Notes under the pieces: model-generated | What the model saw: only the letters and a program-made list of their open reading frames with translations | Databases searched by the model: none | Told to the model about the DNA's origin: nothing | In this document: piece by piece, positions 39,993 to 49,838 of the stretch | Layout of the letters: each line of letters starts with the position of its first letter | Numbering within the stretch: the first letter of the stretch is position 1 | Translations under genes and position numbers: made by a program | NCBI GenBank assembly: GCA_012513715.1 | Contig: JAAZBP010000018.1 | Coordinates: forward strand, 1 to 62,166 | Direction of reading: 5' to 3' | Source of the DNA: Thermoproteota archaeon | GTDB taxonomy: Archaea; Thermoproteota; Bathyarchaeia; Bathyarchaeales; Bathycorpusculaceae | Length of the DNA: 62,166 nt

Positions 39993-40697
39993 TTAAATTT
40001 GGTCTATTCTAGTCCTTCTTTTGCTTATCCAATCACCTACAAATGCACCAACTATATAAGATATTATAAGAAGGATGACAGCGAAAGATAGGTTATCCAG
40101 AACTGGACTAAAAGCACTTCTAATACCGCTTAAGTAAAAGAAACCCATCAATGCAATCCACAGAAACCCACCTATTCCAACGATTCCAAAGACAAAAAGC
40201 AAAATTCTTTGCATTTTTAGCTGACTTTTTTCCGAAATAACCTCTTTGATTATGTGCTGTATCATGTAGGTTATCCCTATAGCTCCAACAATCCAAAGGA
40301 TACCACGATAAAACCCTGCTAAGTCTGTGTAACCTAGAAAATAACTTGCCAGATGAATAATTAAAAAAGCCATTGCTAAAATACCGCTTACTATCCAGAA
40401 TTTCCGCCACCACTTGGGCTTCAACCCTAGTCGTTGCCGATTCTCTTCTGGAAATTCCACTAATAGCTTTAAAGCAAGTTTACCTTTCTCTGTAAGTATA
40501 TATTCGCTTTTATCGTTTTTTGATAAGAGGTCGCTTAGTACCTTCAAGTGGTAGTTCAAAAGCCCAGTACTAAAGTTCTGCAAGCCATCCATCAAACCAG
40601 TATAGCTTAAGCTGTCCTTCTCGTTTAGTAAGAGTATTATTTTTCTTCTGGTTTCATCTTTTAGTATCTTGTGAAGTGAGGCTATGTCCGAGTCCAT
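39993..40697 (-). CDS. Membrane-anchored winged-helix (ArsR-like) transcription factor
   Basis: LKDETRRKIILLL..LSYT.L....STG.LNYHLKVL..LL.K...Y.LTEKG wHTH followed by about 4 TM helices. Confidence 0.85.
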   Translation of the reverse strand: MDSDIASLHKILKDETRRKIILLLNEKDSLSYTGLMDGLQNFSTGLLNYHLKVLSDLLSKNDKSEYILTEKGKLALKLLVEFPEENRQRLGLKPKWWRKFWIVSGILAMAFLIIHLASYFLGYTDLAGFYRGILWIVGAIGITYMIQHIIKEVISEKSQLKMQRILLFVFGIVGIGGFLWIALMGFFYLSGIRSAFSPVLDNLSFAVILLIISYIVGAFVGDWISKRRTRIDQI

Positions 40698-40730
40698 ACG
40701 ATTAACATGGGCTTTATTGCATTTTAGGCT

Positions 40731-40754
40731 TTTTGACAGTTTTTTTAGTCAAAA
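40731..40754. promoter_or_regulatory. Island operator copy: TTTTGAC-N10-GTCAAAA
   Basis: Between the divergent wHTH-TM gene and 40800 gene; a CTTAAAT TATA-like box starts at 40758. Confidence 0.7.
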
Positions 40755-40799
40755 GAGCTTAAATTTGTCTGACTGTAAATTAGACTGTAGGATGAGACA

Positions 40800-41672
40800 A
40801 TGTTTAGTAAAGCAGATAGCCCTCAAACAGGACCATCTAATACAACTTCAACTCCAAGCAAAAAGCGACAAAGATTCTACGCTTTCGGTGGAGTAATAGT
40901 AATCATAGTTATCGCTTCGGCACTTTTTGTTCCACACACCTTAGGCTCATCCATAAGCCTTGGGTTAAATTATACGGTTGGAGAAAAAATGACATATCTG
41001 ACCACAAACACGGTTACCAACAAAATGAGCAACACTTCCATTAATGCGGAAACAAACCCGTTAACGCAGACATATAATTCAACGGGCACCTATGAAATCC
41101 TAAGTTTTAATGACGATGCCTACACAATCAAGCTAACCATAACTTCAGAGCTAAACGGAAAGCCCCTTTCCATACCTATAACAACTAACACAACCACTAA
41201 AACACAATACTATAACAACCTTCTGCCAGCAGGGTCTCCAGCATTCTTCCTAAACGCAAGCGGCAATCCAACCATTGAGGCATATTTGACTAAAGCTCAG
41301 GTTAAAGTAGGCGAGTCTTGGCAGATTCCAGTAAGCACAGGCAACGCCAGCCTCGGCTTAACAGGAGAAATAACCCTCAAATTCTCAAGCATCCAAGAAA
41401 TCAGTGTTCCAGCGGGAATCTACAAGGTCTTTATAGTAGAACTATCAAGCAAAGACCTCACAATGCATATCAGCCCCGACAACGGAATCATAAGCACAAA
41501 CGGATTGGACAACTCAGTAATAGAGCTAAAAGGTACATCATACCTTGAAGTCGGAACGTGCCACTTAATCAAATCAGAACTAACACAACAAACAACAATG
41601 CAACAACCAGGAATAAGTGGGACATCAACCATTCACACAGAGAAAACCTTAACTGAACATATAAAACAGTAG
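40800..41672 (+). CDS. Membrane-anchored extracellular protein (Thr/Ser/Asn-rich, beta-rich)
   Basis: KKRQR followed by TM GGVIVIIVIASALFV; many N-X-S/T sequons; ISVPAG.YKVF motif. Confidence 0.75.
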   Translation: MFSKADSPQTGPSNTTSTPSKKRQRFYAFGGVIVIIVIASALFVPHTLGSSISLGLNYTVGEKMTYLTTNTVTNKMSNTSINAETNPLTQTYNSTGTYEILSFNDDAYTIKLTITSELNGKPLSIPITTNTTTKTQYYNNLLPAGSPAFFLNASGNPTIEAYLTKAQVKVGESWQIPVSTGNASLGLTGEITLKFSSIQEISVPAGIYKVFIVELSSKDLTMHISPDNGIISTNGLDNSVIELKGTSYLEVGTCHLIKSELTQQTTMQQPGISGTSTIHTEKTLTEHIKQ

Positions 41673-42023
41673 ATTACTCCTTTTTTAGCCAATAGCTTCC
41701 CATTTTTTGGGAGATATCCAATGGGTGAATCACAAAAATATGCAGCCACCTATTGTAATTGCTTAAACATGCCTTGGTCAGTTGAAGAAGTGGCAATTAT
41801 GTAATACTTTTCGCTCATTTTAGTTGGTTCTAGACGCAGTACGCATTAAGTCTCAATGCCAGCTACTTCTAATTGACACCCAGCTTTGCCGTTGCTACAA
41901 TCTATGCCTTTTGTGGACTAGCAGTGAATAATGCCGAAACTGTGTTAGCTGAAGCTGAATCAGTTTAACTGCAGGAGGTTAGTTAGAGCTAATGAATATG
42001 ACAAGGGCAGAGATGTTTTTGGC

Positions 42024-42043
42024 TTGACAAATATTTTAGTCTA
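42024..42043. promoter_or_regulatory. Island operator copy: TTGAC-N10-GTCTA
   Basis: CTTAAAA TATA-like box at 42049, same offset as for the 40731 copy; upstream of the DUF996-like pseudogene. Confidence 0.6.
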
Positions 42044-42104
42044 AATAACTTAAAAGCATAAACCGCCAAAATATTACCCGATTGATATAGTTGGGGTAAT
42101 ATAG

Positions 42105-42719
42105 ATGTCTTTTAAGTCAAGCAGATCCAAAGGGCGGATAGCTACTTTATTGATTGTTTTACTCCAATAATTAGCTCGGTTGTTTATGTTCCGCTGTACT
42201 TTTTGCGATTGCTCACATTTAACGTCATCTACCTTTCATTGATTCTTTCAGCATTGAGTTATACGGGTTATATCCTGTTTTTAATAGCTATGCATGGGCT
42301 ATCAAGGGTTTACAATGACGATAGAATTTTCAAGAATAGTCTCTATGGGTTTATTGATAGCATTATTGGGGCAGTAGTCTTTGTCATTGTCGCCTTTGCG
42401 GTTCTTGTTCCAATACTTGACCAGTTTACCGCTTATGCTAGCAGTCCAGGTGTAACTCCCCCGCTTTCTATAGTCATATCGTTTTTGCAGGTTATGGTGG
42501 CTGTTTTGATTGGCGGTCCATTCTTGCGGCGATTAATGGCTTCTTTTACAGGCGAGCTTTTTATGCGTTGGCGGAAAAATCAGGCGAGGACAACTTTTAC
42601 ATGGCGGGCCTACTAATGCTGCTTGGTGGAGCATTAACCATTGTCGTTGTTGGCGGCTTGCTGTTCTTCATAGGCTGGATAATTGCAGCCATAAGCTTCT
42701 TCTCCTTGAAACCCAAGAC
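42105..42719 (+). pseudogene. DUF996-like membrane protein, frameshifted and truncated
   Basis: ATG 42105 frame stops early; middle frame MHGLSRVYNDDRIFKNSLYG; another frame FYRRAFYALAEKSGEDNF..AGLLMLLGG.LTIVVVG.LLFFIGWIIAAISFFSLKP runs into the repeat. Confidence 0.75.
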
Positions 42720-42825
42720 AACCCAAACTTACATTAATTGTTGAGAGAAAATTCCAGGGGAACTCATTACTGAATTACCAAAAATCCCAGGTGTTGCCAA
42801 AGTATCAATATATTAAATAAAACAT
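42720..42825 (+). repeat. Direct repeat copy 2 (degenerate trpY 3' end; right island boundary)
   Basis: Matches 36487-36593 except for a 1-nt deletion in an A run and one T>C change. Confidence 0.97.
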
Positions 42826-42947
42826 TAATTGTAAAAATCAAATCAACAAAAACTCATATAGACTTCTCATCAACAAACTACGACTAGAAAAATTTATATT
42901 TATAAGGATGTCATGTTGTTGTTCGCGTTAATGGAGGTTTACTTGAT

Positions 42948-44615
42948 TTGTCAACAGCACCAAAACACACATCGGGAACACCCGTCTTGGTTTTAAAAGA
43001 AGGATCCGACAGATCCCACGGCAGACAAGCCCAACATAGCAACATTACTGCAGCCAAAATTGTGGCAGAAAGTGTTCGAAGTTCACTTGGACCTAAAGGC
43101 ATGGATAAAATGTTGGTCGACAACTTTGGCGACGTTACAATCACCAATGACGGAAGAACAATTCTTGACGAGATGGATATTCAGCACCCAGCAGCCAAAA
43201 TGCTTGTAGAAGTAGCTAAAACTCAAGATAAAGAAGCTGGAGACGGAACTACTTCATCAGTAATTATAGCAGGAGAACTTCTCAATAAAGCTGAAGAACT
43301 AATTAACAAGAATATTCACCCAACAATAATAATTGAAGGATACAAACAAGCTGCAGAGAAAGCGCTTGAAATCTTGGATAAAATAGCAATACCGATAGAG
43401 GTAGGATCTAAAGAGTACCTGAATAAAGTAGCAATAACAGCAATGGGCAGTAAAATTGTTTCTGATTATAAAGAATATTTAGCAGACATATGCGTTAAAG
43501 CTATGCTATCAGTAGCTGAGAAGCAAGGTTCATCTTACAAAGTAGACGTTGACGATGTTAAAGTAGAGAAAAAAACCGGAGAATCTCTAAGCGAAACCAG
43601 TTTGATTAACGGAATAGTACTAGATAAAGAAATCGTTCATTCAGGCATGCCTAAAAGAATTGAAAAAGCGAAAATTGCATTGCTGGATGTCTCATTAGAA
43701 AATGAGAAAACAGAATTAGACGCAAAAATCAATATTGAAAATCCAGCGCAGATTGAAGCTTTTCTGAAGCAAGAAGAAAACATTTTGAAAAACTTGGTCG
43801 AAAAAATTGTGTCATCCGGAGCTAATGTTGTAATATGCCAAAAAGGTATCGATGACATGGTACAACACTTTCTTTCCCGAAGAAATGTTATTGCAATTAG
43901 AAGAGCGAAAAAATCAGACATGGAAAAACTTGCTAAAGCAACAGGCGGCAATATTTTGTCCAACATTGACGCATTATCAACTTCAGATTTAGGCATCGCT
44001 GAAATAGTTGAAGAACGTAAAACTGGAGACGACAAAATGACTTACATTGAAGGGTGTAAAAACCCCAAGGCTGTAACTATACTCATCAGAGGAGGAAACC
44101 AAAGACTAACCGCAGAAGCTGAACGTTCAATCCACGATGCATTATGTGTTATAAAAGACTTGATTGAAGAACCCAAAGTAGTTGTGGGAGGGGCAGCAGT
44201 GGAACTTGAAATGGCTGTTTCTCTTAAGAAGTTTGCACAAACATTACAGGGCAGAGAACAGTTTGCTGTGACTATCTTTGCGGAAGCACTTGAATCAATC
44301 GCAACTGTATTAGCAGAAAACGCAGGTTTGGACCCTATTGAGATACTTACTGATTTACGTTCAAAACATGCGAAGGGCGAAATATATACAGGCATTAATG
44401 TCCTCGAAGGAAAAATTCAAGATATGAGACAAAATGAAGTGTATGAACCACTCACAGTTAAAAGACAAATCATAAAATCTGCAAATGAAGCAGCAACAAT
44501 GATATTGAAAATAGATGATGTTATCGCCACAGCCAAAATGAAGGCGCCTCCTATGCCACCAGGAGGAGGAATGCCAGGCGGTGGAATGGGTGGATATCCA
44601 GGCGGAGAGTTTTAA
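42948..44615 (+). CDS. ths: Thermosome (group II chaperonin) subunit
   Basis: [33 protein letters not shown]-rich tail; GGAGG SD before TTG. Confidence 0.97.
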   Translation: MSTAPKHTSGTPVLVLKEGSDRSHGRQAQHSNITAAKIVAESVRSSLGPKGMDKMLVDNFGDVTITNDGRTILDEMDIQHPAAKMLVEVAKTQDKEAGDGTTSSVIIAGELLNKAEELINKNIHPTIIIEGYKQAAEKALEILDKIAIPIEVGSKEYLNKVAITAMGSKIVSDYKEYLADICVKAMLSVAEKQGSSYKVDVDDVKVEKKTGESLSETSLINGIVLDKEIVHSGMPKRIEKAKIALLDVSLENEKTELDAKINIENPAQIEAFLKQEENILKNLVEKIVSSGANVVICQKGIDDMVQHFLSRRNVIAIRRAKKSDMEKLAKATGGNILSNIDALSTSDLGIAEIVEERKTGDDKMTYIEGCKNPKAVTILIRGGNQRLTAEAERSIHDALCVIKDLIEEPKVVVGGAAVELEMAVSLKKFAQTLQGREQFAVTIFAEALESIATVLAENAGLDPIEILTDLRSKHAKGEIYTGINVLEGKIQDMRQNEVYEPLTVKRQIIKSANEAATMILKIDDVIATAKMKAPPMPPGGGMPGGGMGGYPGGEF

Positions 44616-44638
44616 ATACGCAAGAAAAGAAAATTGAA

Positions 44639-44860
44639 GTGGGACCACCAAAAATAACTCGTTTCGAGAAAGCAAGGATTGTAGGGGCGCGCGCTCTACA
44701 AATCTCTATGGGAGCACCTATACTAGTAGACGCAGAAGAAAACACGAACCCAATCGACATAGCTGTAAGTGAATTAGAAGCAAAGATTTTACCAATCACT
44801 ATTAGACGGACATTACCAGACGGAACATTCCAAGATATTCCCTTAAAGTGGCTTTCTTAA
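44639..44860 (+). CDS. rpoK: DNA-directed RNA polymerase subunit K (Rpo6)
   Basis: [32 protein letters not shown]. Confidence 0.97.
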   Translation: MGPPKITRFEKARIVGARALQISMGAPILVDAEENTNPIDIAVSELEAKILPITIRRTLPDGTFQDIPLKWLS

Positions 44861-44869
44861 ACACCCTTT

Positions 44870-45355
44870 TTATTTTTCATATACCTCGTCGTTTTTAAAA
44901 TTTATTTGATTTAATGTTTTGTTTATTTGTTTCCAGTGTGAACCGAACCAATAGACTTGATCACATCCTGGGCATTTCCAAAATTTATTGTAATAAAAAA
45001 TAGTGTTCTCTTTCAGATTCTTCTGTATTTCAGCCTTTTTGACACTTTTTAATTTATTATTACATAAAGAACAACGGATATTATTAATGTCTAAGACAAG
45101 AGGTAAATGATATCTCGTTACAAGTTCGGATAAGCAGTCGGACAAAAGAGTTCCTTCAAAATAATAAGCATCTAAACCATTAGTAATTGAACGTTTATAG
45201 AGCATGAAATCGTGTGTTAATAAAACACGTTTTTCGTTATCAGCTATCTTTAATAATTCGGAATCAACAAATTTAGCAGTGTATTTGACATCTTGACCTA
45301 AAATACGTAACCAACGAGTTAACTTGCCAAGCATATTATCTGCTATGAACTTCAA
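44870..45355 (-). CDS. Mut7-C RNase (PIN-like) domain protein
   Basis: KFIADNMLGKLTRWLRILG.D, RCSLCN, CPGC.QVYW.GSHW; TTG start 45355. Confidence 0.88.
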   Translation of the reverse strand: MKFIADNMLGKLTRWLRILGQDVKYTAKFVDSELLKIADNEKRVLLTHDFMLYKRSITNGLDAYYFEGTLLSDCLSELVTRYHLPLVLDINNIRCSLCNNKLKSVKKAEIQKNLKENTIFYYNKFWKCPGCDQVYWFGSHWKQINKTLNQINFKNDEVYEK

Positions 45356-46697
45356 GGGGAGATCCCCGGACGATTTCACCAACACCACCTTTAGAAACGA
45401 TGTTGCCTTGATCGAAAACTAGAACTCCATTTATAATAGTTTTAACTGGTTTGCCATATACATCCCATTTATCATATGGAGAGAAACGAGCTTTAGATTT
45501 AAATTTTGAAGCATCGATTTTGAATTGTTGCTTATAGTCTACTATGGTTATATCGGCATTTTTGCCTTTCTCTAAACTGCCACGGTCAGTTAATCCGAAT
45601 ATTTTAGCAGGTTTTTCCGCAAGTAAACAAACTACTTGATTTAATGAAAGTTGATTTTTATGTACAGAAGTGAGCATAAGTGGTAGAGTTGTTTCCAACC
45701 CGGGGACACCTACATTAACATCCCAAATGTTACTACGTATTTTCTCACTTAGCATGTGTGGAGCATGGTCTGAACCAATAGTATCGATTAAACCAGTCTC
45801 TAAACCTTGCCACAGTGCTCTTGTGTGAACACTACCACGTAATGGGGGAGCCATAATCAATAATGAACCGTAAAGTCGTAAATCATCCGCGGAAAGAAAT
45901 AGATGGTTAGGTGTAACTTCACAGGTTAAATTGTTATTGACTTCTTTTCCTTCTTCAATAGCGCCTAATCCTTCTTTGCTTGTTATATGACAAAAATGTA
46001 GTTTTACGTCTACCCCATTAGCTATTTTAAGTAAACGCTTAATTGATATTAGTTCTGCGTCTTCTGTATGCGCATTGAGGTAGTCTGCGCAAGTATTTTT
46101 GTTGACTTTTTTTAGTTTATTTTCTTTGGCTGATATCAAAGCTCTATCCTCAGCGTGAACTGCTATTGGAACTTTCAATTCGCTGACGATTTTGAAAGCT
46201 TCATTTATAGCTAAATCATCATCTATGTCTAATCCGCCGATTGGTGAATTCATAAAAAATTTAAAACCTACAACACCTTCAGTAACAAGACTATTTATTT
46301 CTGAGAGTGTTTTTGGGAACGCTGAATAAAAACCAACATTCACCAGAATTTTTCTCTTGGCAATTTGAAGACGATTCCTAAAACTGTCCACACTCATTGT
46401 TACTGGTTCATTGTTTGGCATATCTAAAACTGTAGTAAAGCCACCAGCAGCAGCAGCTGAAGTTCCTGAAAAAAAATCTTCTTTGTAGGCTTTACCTTCA
46501 TCACGCAAATGAACATGTTCATCAATCAGCCCAGGCAAAACTAGCAAGTTATGCAGGTCTAATTTTTCATCAGCATTAGGCATCTGGGTTTCTTTACCAA
46601 GTTTATGAATTTTTCCCTCTTCAACAGCGATACAACAATCTACAATTTGACCCTTAAAGTAAGCTTTAGCATTAATGAGAACAGAATCAACGATCAC
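45336..46697 (-). CDS. pyrC: Dihydroorotase
   Basis: PGLIDEHVHLRD, AAAGGFTTVLDMPN, VHAED, HFCH, EVTPNHL, PPLR, GSDHAPH. Confidence 0.85.
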   Translation of the reverse strand: MIVDSVLINAKAYFKGQIVDCCIAVEEGKIHKLGKETQMPNADEKLDLHNLLVLPGLIDEHVHLRDEGKAYKEDFFSGTSAAAAGGFTTVLDMPNNEPVTMSVDSFRNRLQIAKRKILVNVGFYSAFPKTLSEINSLVTEGVVGFKFFMNSPIGGLDIDDDLAINEAFKIVSELKVPIAVHAEDRALISAKENKLKKVNKNTCADYLNAHTEDAELISIKRLLKIANGVDVKLHFCHITSKEGLGAIEEGKEVNNNLTCEVTPNHLFLSADDLRLYGSLLIMAPPLRGSVHTRALWQGLETGLIDTIGSDHAPHMLSEKIRSNIWDVNVGVPGLETTLPLMLTSVHKNQLSLNQVVCLLAEKPAKIFGLTDRGSLEKGKNADITIVDYKQQFKIDASKFKSKARFSPYDKWDVYGKPVKTIINGVLVFDQGNIVSKGGVGEIVRGSPLEVHSR

Positions 46698-46777
46698 TTA
46701 CTATCACACCAACAATAGCAAATTTTGGGTAATTAAAGTTATTTTAACAAAAAAAGTATCAGAAATGGAGAATAACA

Positions 46778-47356
46778 CTATTTTTCTTGTTCAAGTTCTA
46801 TACGACAGTCGTCGCATATATTTTGACCTTCTCGTTCTTTGAGGCTTTCTGAATATGCACTACATCTATCACAGTATCCAGATAAGGGCACATCGTCGGA
46901 GTCTATTGTTACTGCAGCGTTCTCTATTCTTGAGCGTTCCTGCATAATCTCGATTAACTCGGGCATAACACCTAAAATATCTTTGCTTGAAATAATTCCA
47001 ACTAAATTACCTTTGTAAATAACACCGAGACGTCTAATATCTAGTCGCGTCATTCTTCTTGCGGCATCGCTAATAGTAGCATCTGGCTCAACAGTAACAA
47101 GAGGTGTAGTCATTATTTCCTTGACTTTAACTGTATCAGGTTTGAGGTTTTTTGCCACAACCCTTTTGACTAAATCACGTTCAGTTATGATGCCTATTGA
47201 TTTGCCGGCATTATTTTGAACGATTACAGCCCCTAAATCTTTCATATCCATGTTAGCTGCAGCTTTATCTGAGCTTTCATCTTCATATATAGTAACAACA
47301 GGGCTACTCATTACATCTCTGACCAACAGTTTTGTTCTTAGACCAAGTTCAGACAT
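46778..47356 (-). CDS. CBS-pair protein with C-terminal Zn ribbon
   Basis: VRDVMS.PVVT, GIITERD, IRRL.V..GIIS.KDI; C-terminal GYCDRC...ICDDC. Confidence 0.9.
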   Translation of the reverse strand: MSELGLRTKLLVRDVMSSPVVTIYEDESSDKAAANMDMKDLGAVIVQNNAGKSIGIITERDLVKRVVAKNLKPDTVKVKEIMTTPLVTVEPDATISDAARRMTRLDIRRLGVIYKGNLVGIISSKDILGVMPELIEIMQERSRIENAAVTIDSDDVPLSGYCDRCSAYSESLKEREGQNICDDCRIELEQEK

Positions 47357-47739
47357 CTAATCTCCCTCAATAACACAGATTAAAGGATACTTCAACTGAA
47401 CAATTAAAAGAGCGGCATAATTTAAGAGTTACTTAACTAAATTTTTAAAAGGCAACTATAAGAAAATTCATGAATTAATTACATCTTTTTAAAAAGATTT
47501 GGAATAAAAGGTAATTATTAGAATTACTAGAGCATTTTGCCATGTAACATATAATGAAGCATCATTCACCTAAAAGTAGTGAGAAGAAAATAATTGACTG
47601 TAAATTACTGTGATTTTGGTCACTAAAAATCTACAAATATATTTTGAGAGACAACATAACTTCAGTAATGAAGTTAAGAGCAGGTATATAAGATAGTTAG
47701 TTCAATAGATGGAACAAAAGAATAAAGAGGTCAAAATAA

Positions 47740-48033
47740 TTGCCATTTAAGCGAAAAAGCAGAGGAAGATCAAAAGGAAGCAAGGGAAGTAGTACATTAG
47801 TTCAATGCGTTAATTGCGGATCGATGGTGCCGCGTGATAAAGCCAAAAAATCTACACGCCGAGTTTCATTCGTTGAACCTCAACTAGCCAAAGAGCTTAG
47901 GCAAAAAGGCACATTTTTAGCTTCTTGGGTAGATACAAAATACTATTGTATTTCATGTGCAGTACATCGTGGCATCGTTAAAGTAAGAGCAGAAAGCGAG
48001 CGCCACACAAAATATCGACGGTCAAGATATTAA
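47740..48033 (+). CDS. rps26e: 30S ribosomal protein S26e
   Basis: MP.KRKSRGRSKG, VQC.NCG..VPRDKA, YCISCAVH..IVKVR. Confidence 0.96.
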   Translation: MPFKRKSRGRSKGSKGSSTLVQCVNCGSMVPRDKAKKSTRRVSFVEPQLAKELRQKGTFLASWVDTKYYCISCAVHRGIVKVRAESERHTKYRRSRY

Positions 48034-48034
48034 T

Positions 48035-48670
48035 TTATTCTTGATGTTTTTCTTTCTTTAATTTTCTATATACGTATAATGATCTTTGTATGACGGTTAA
48101 AGTGGAAAGTATAGCCAACAAACCTATGCCATAACCCATGGCAGGCAACCAAAAGTACGCCATTATACTTACAACTGATAAGATAATCATACGCTCAGCA
48201 CGCTCAGCAAACCCGATTGACTCCATTTTTATACCTGCAGCTTCAGCCCTCGCACGAGTATAACTTACCAAAAGAGATCCGGTTAAAGTCACCAAAACTA
48301 GAATAGTCCCCCAAAAGGCGCCTAAAGCATAGTTTGATAACCCAGAAACTAAAATTGCCATATATATAATGGCATCAGAATACCGGTCAAGAACTGAGTC
48401 AAAAAAGCCTCCGAAAACTGTTGCTTCGCCATATATACGAGCAACTATTCCATCCAACGTGTCACAGAATCCTGAAGATAGCATCAAAAAAGTAGCAAGA
48501 AGCAAAAGCCAAACTGCTTCAGGGGAAGCTAATCCATATGCAACTGCTGAAGTTATGGATAAAATAAAACCAAGTATACTAAGTCTGTTAGGGGTAAAGC
48601 CTATTTTATGAACAATCTTGGCTTCAGTGGACAACATTTGTTGTATTCTTTGTTTTAATTTTGTAAGCAC
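48035..48670 (-). CDS. CDP-alcohol phosphatidyltransferase (archaetidylinositol-phosphate synthase-like)
   Basis: TPN.LS, D.LDG.VAR...T.FG.F.DSVLDRYSD, VSY.RARAE, ERAER. Confidence 0.9.
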   Translation of the reverse strand: MLTKLKQRIQQMLSTEAKIVHKIGFTPNRLSILGFILSITSAVAYGLASPEAVWLLLLATFLMLSSGFCDTLDGIVARIYGEATVFGGFFDSVLDRYSDAIIYMAILVSGLSNYALGAFWGTILVLVTLTGSLLVSYTRARAEAAGIKMESIGFAERAERMIILSVVSIMAYFWLPAMGYGIGLLAILSTLTVIQRSLYVYRKLKKEKHQE

Positions 48671-48796
48671 AATTTTCGTCTCAATAGGATATATCCATTG
48701 AAGTTATTGTAAAAAAGCGTTTCTTAATATGAAATGTAGAAGAGCTGTGGGCTGGGAAAAACTTTTCAATGAACTTATTAGGGAGTTTAGGTAATA

Positions 48797-48849
48797 TGTG
48801 GCAGTGACGTTCTGTCGCGCAGCAGAGCGCAAAACAGCAACGTTACACA
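48797..48849 (+). other. Stem-loop in the putative 5' leader of alba
   Basis: GTGACGTT/AACGTTAC, CTGT/ACAG and GCGC/GCGC nested pairings; GC-richer than the flanks. Confidence 0.45.
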
Positions 48850-48876
48850 AAGCAAACAAAAAAGGTGAAAAAATAA

Positions 48877-49164
48877 ATGACAGAAAACACAGACGTTATC
48901 TTCGTCGGAAATAAACCCCCAATGAGTTATGTTCTGGCAATAATTACGAGTTTCTCGTCAGGTAATTTAAAAGAGATTACTCTAAAAGCCAGAGGACAAG
49001 CTATAACTACCGCTGTTGACGTAGCAGAGATTGCAAGAAACCGCTTTATCAAAGATTTAAAGGTAAGCAAAATAGCAATTGGAACTGCAGAAATGCCGCC
49101 ACGTGAGGGAGAGAACAAATCTAGAATGGTTTCCACGATGGAGATAACCCTCAGCAAAAAGTAA
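48877..49164 (+). CDS. albA: DNA/RNA-binding protein Alba (paralogue 2)
   Basis: FVGNKPPMSYVLA, LKARGQAITTAVDVAE, VSTMEITL. Confidence 0.95.
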   Translation: MTENTDVIFVGNKPPMSYVLAIITSFSSGNLKEITLKARGQAITTAVDVAEIARNRFIKDLKVSKIAIGTAEMPPREGENKSRMVSTMEITLSKK

Positions 49165-49472
49165 AAAGATAAAGGAATCGTGTAAACCAAAACCAAATTT
49201 TCTTCCATTTTTTAGTTTGTAAATTCAAAAATAGTTCTTAAAAATCAATTCAACCACAGGCAGTCACACATTATTTTGACCAGAACTATAAAAAAAATTC
49301 AAAGCACAAATAGAAATGTGTTTGCAGGGTTTAAACTAAAAAAATATAGAGTGTAATATATAAAACCAAGAAATACAGTAACTGCAAAGTCAGATGTTAT
49401 AATTAATAACTAAAATAATTAAAAGACGATACAAAAAAGAAGAAAAGGGAAAGTGTGAAGAGGTTACTTCTT

Positions 49473-49694
49473 TTATTTGCCCATGACTTTTTTTGCGGCG
49501 ATTTCAATATCTTCCGCTTTAATTGTTTTCCTTCCCGCATGCATCGCAAAGTCAAGTGCTTCTTTAGCTACTTTAACACCAATTTCTTCAAGGGCTTTTG
49601 CTAGTTCTTTTGCTGCTGCTTCACTAACTCGGTCAGCGCCTGCTTTTTTACATAATCTGTGCATGGGAGCTACAGCTATTTCTAATTCGGTCAT
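49473..49694 (-). CDS. Archaeal histone (HMf-type)
   Basis: [16 protein letters not shown]...[13 protein letters not shown] histone fold. Confidence 0.96.
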   Translation of the reverse strand: MTELEIAVAPMHRLCKKAGADRVSEAAAKELAKALEEIGVKVAKEALDFAMHAGRKTIKAEDIEIAAKKVMGK

Positions 49695-49838
49695 ATCGAC
49701 ATCTCTCTAGCCTCTTTTTCTTTTTAAAGCTATATTTAACCTTTGTTATAGTTTATTAGCATAGAAAACTGCAAACATAAAAAATAGATAAATAAAGAAA
49801 GTCTTAAAACTATCCGCGTGGTTATAGCGCCGAGAAAA

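Larger units (their letters stand above)
36594..42719. mobile_element. Genomic island of ~6.1 kb flanked by direct repeats; no integrase seen
   Basis: Bounded by the 107/106-bp repeat; contains accessory secreted/membrane genes and pseudogenes between housekeeping trpY and thermosome genes. Confidence 0.75.

Noticed and set aside
44553-44612. GGM/PGG low-complexity repeat
   Set aside because: Ordinary chaperonin C-terminal tail.
47594-47607. 13-bp match TGACTGTAAATTA shared with 40770-40782
   Set aside because: AT-rich and lacks the second half-site of the island motif; likely chance.
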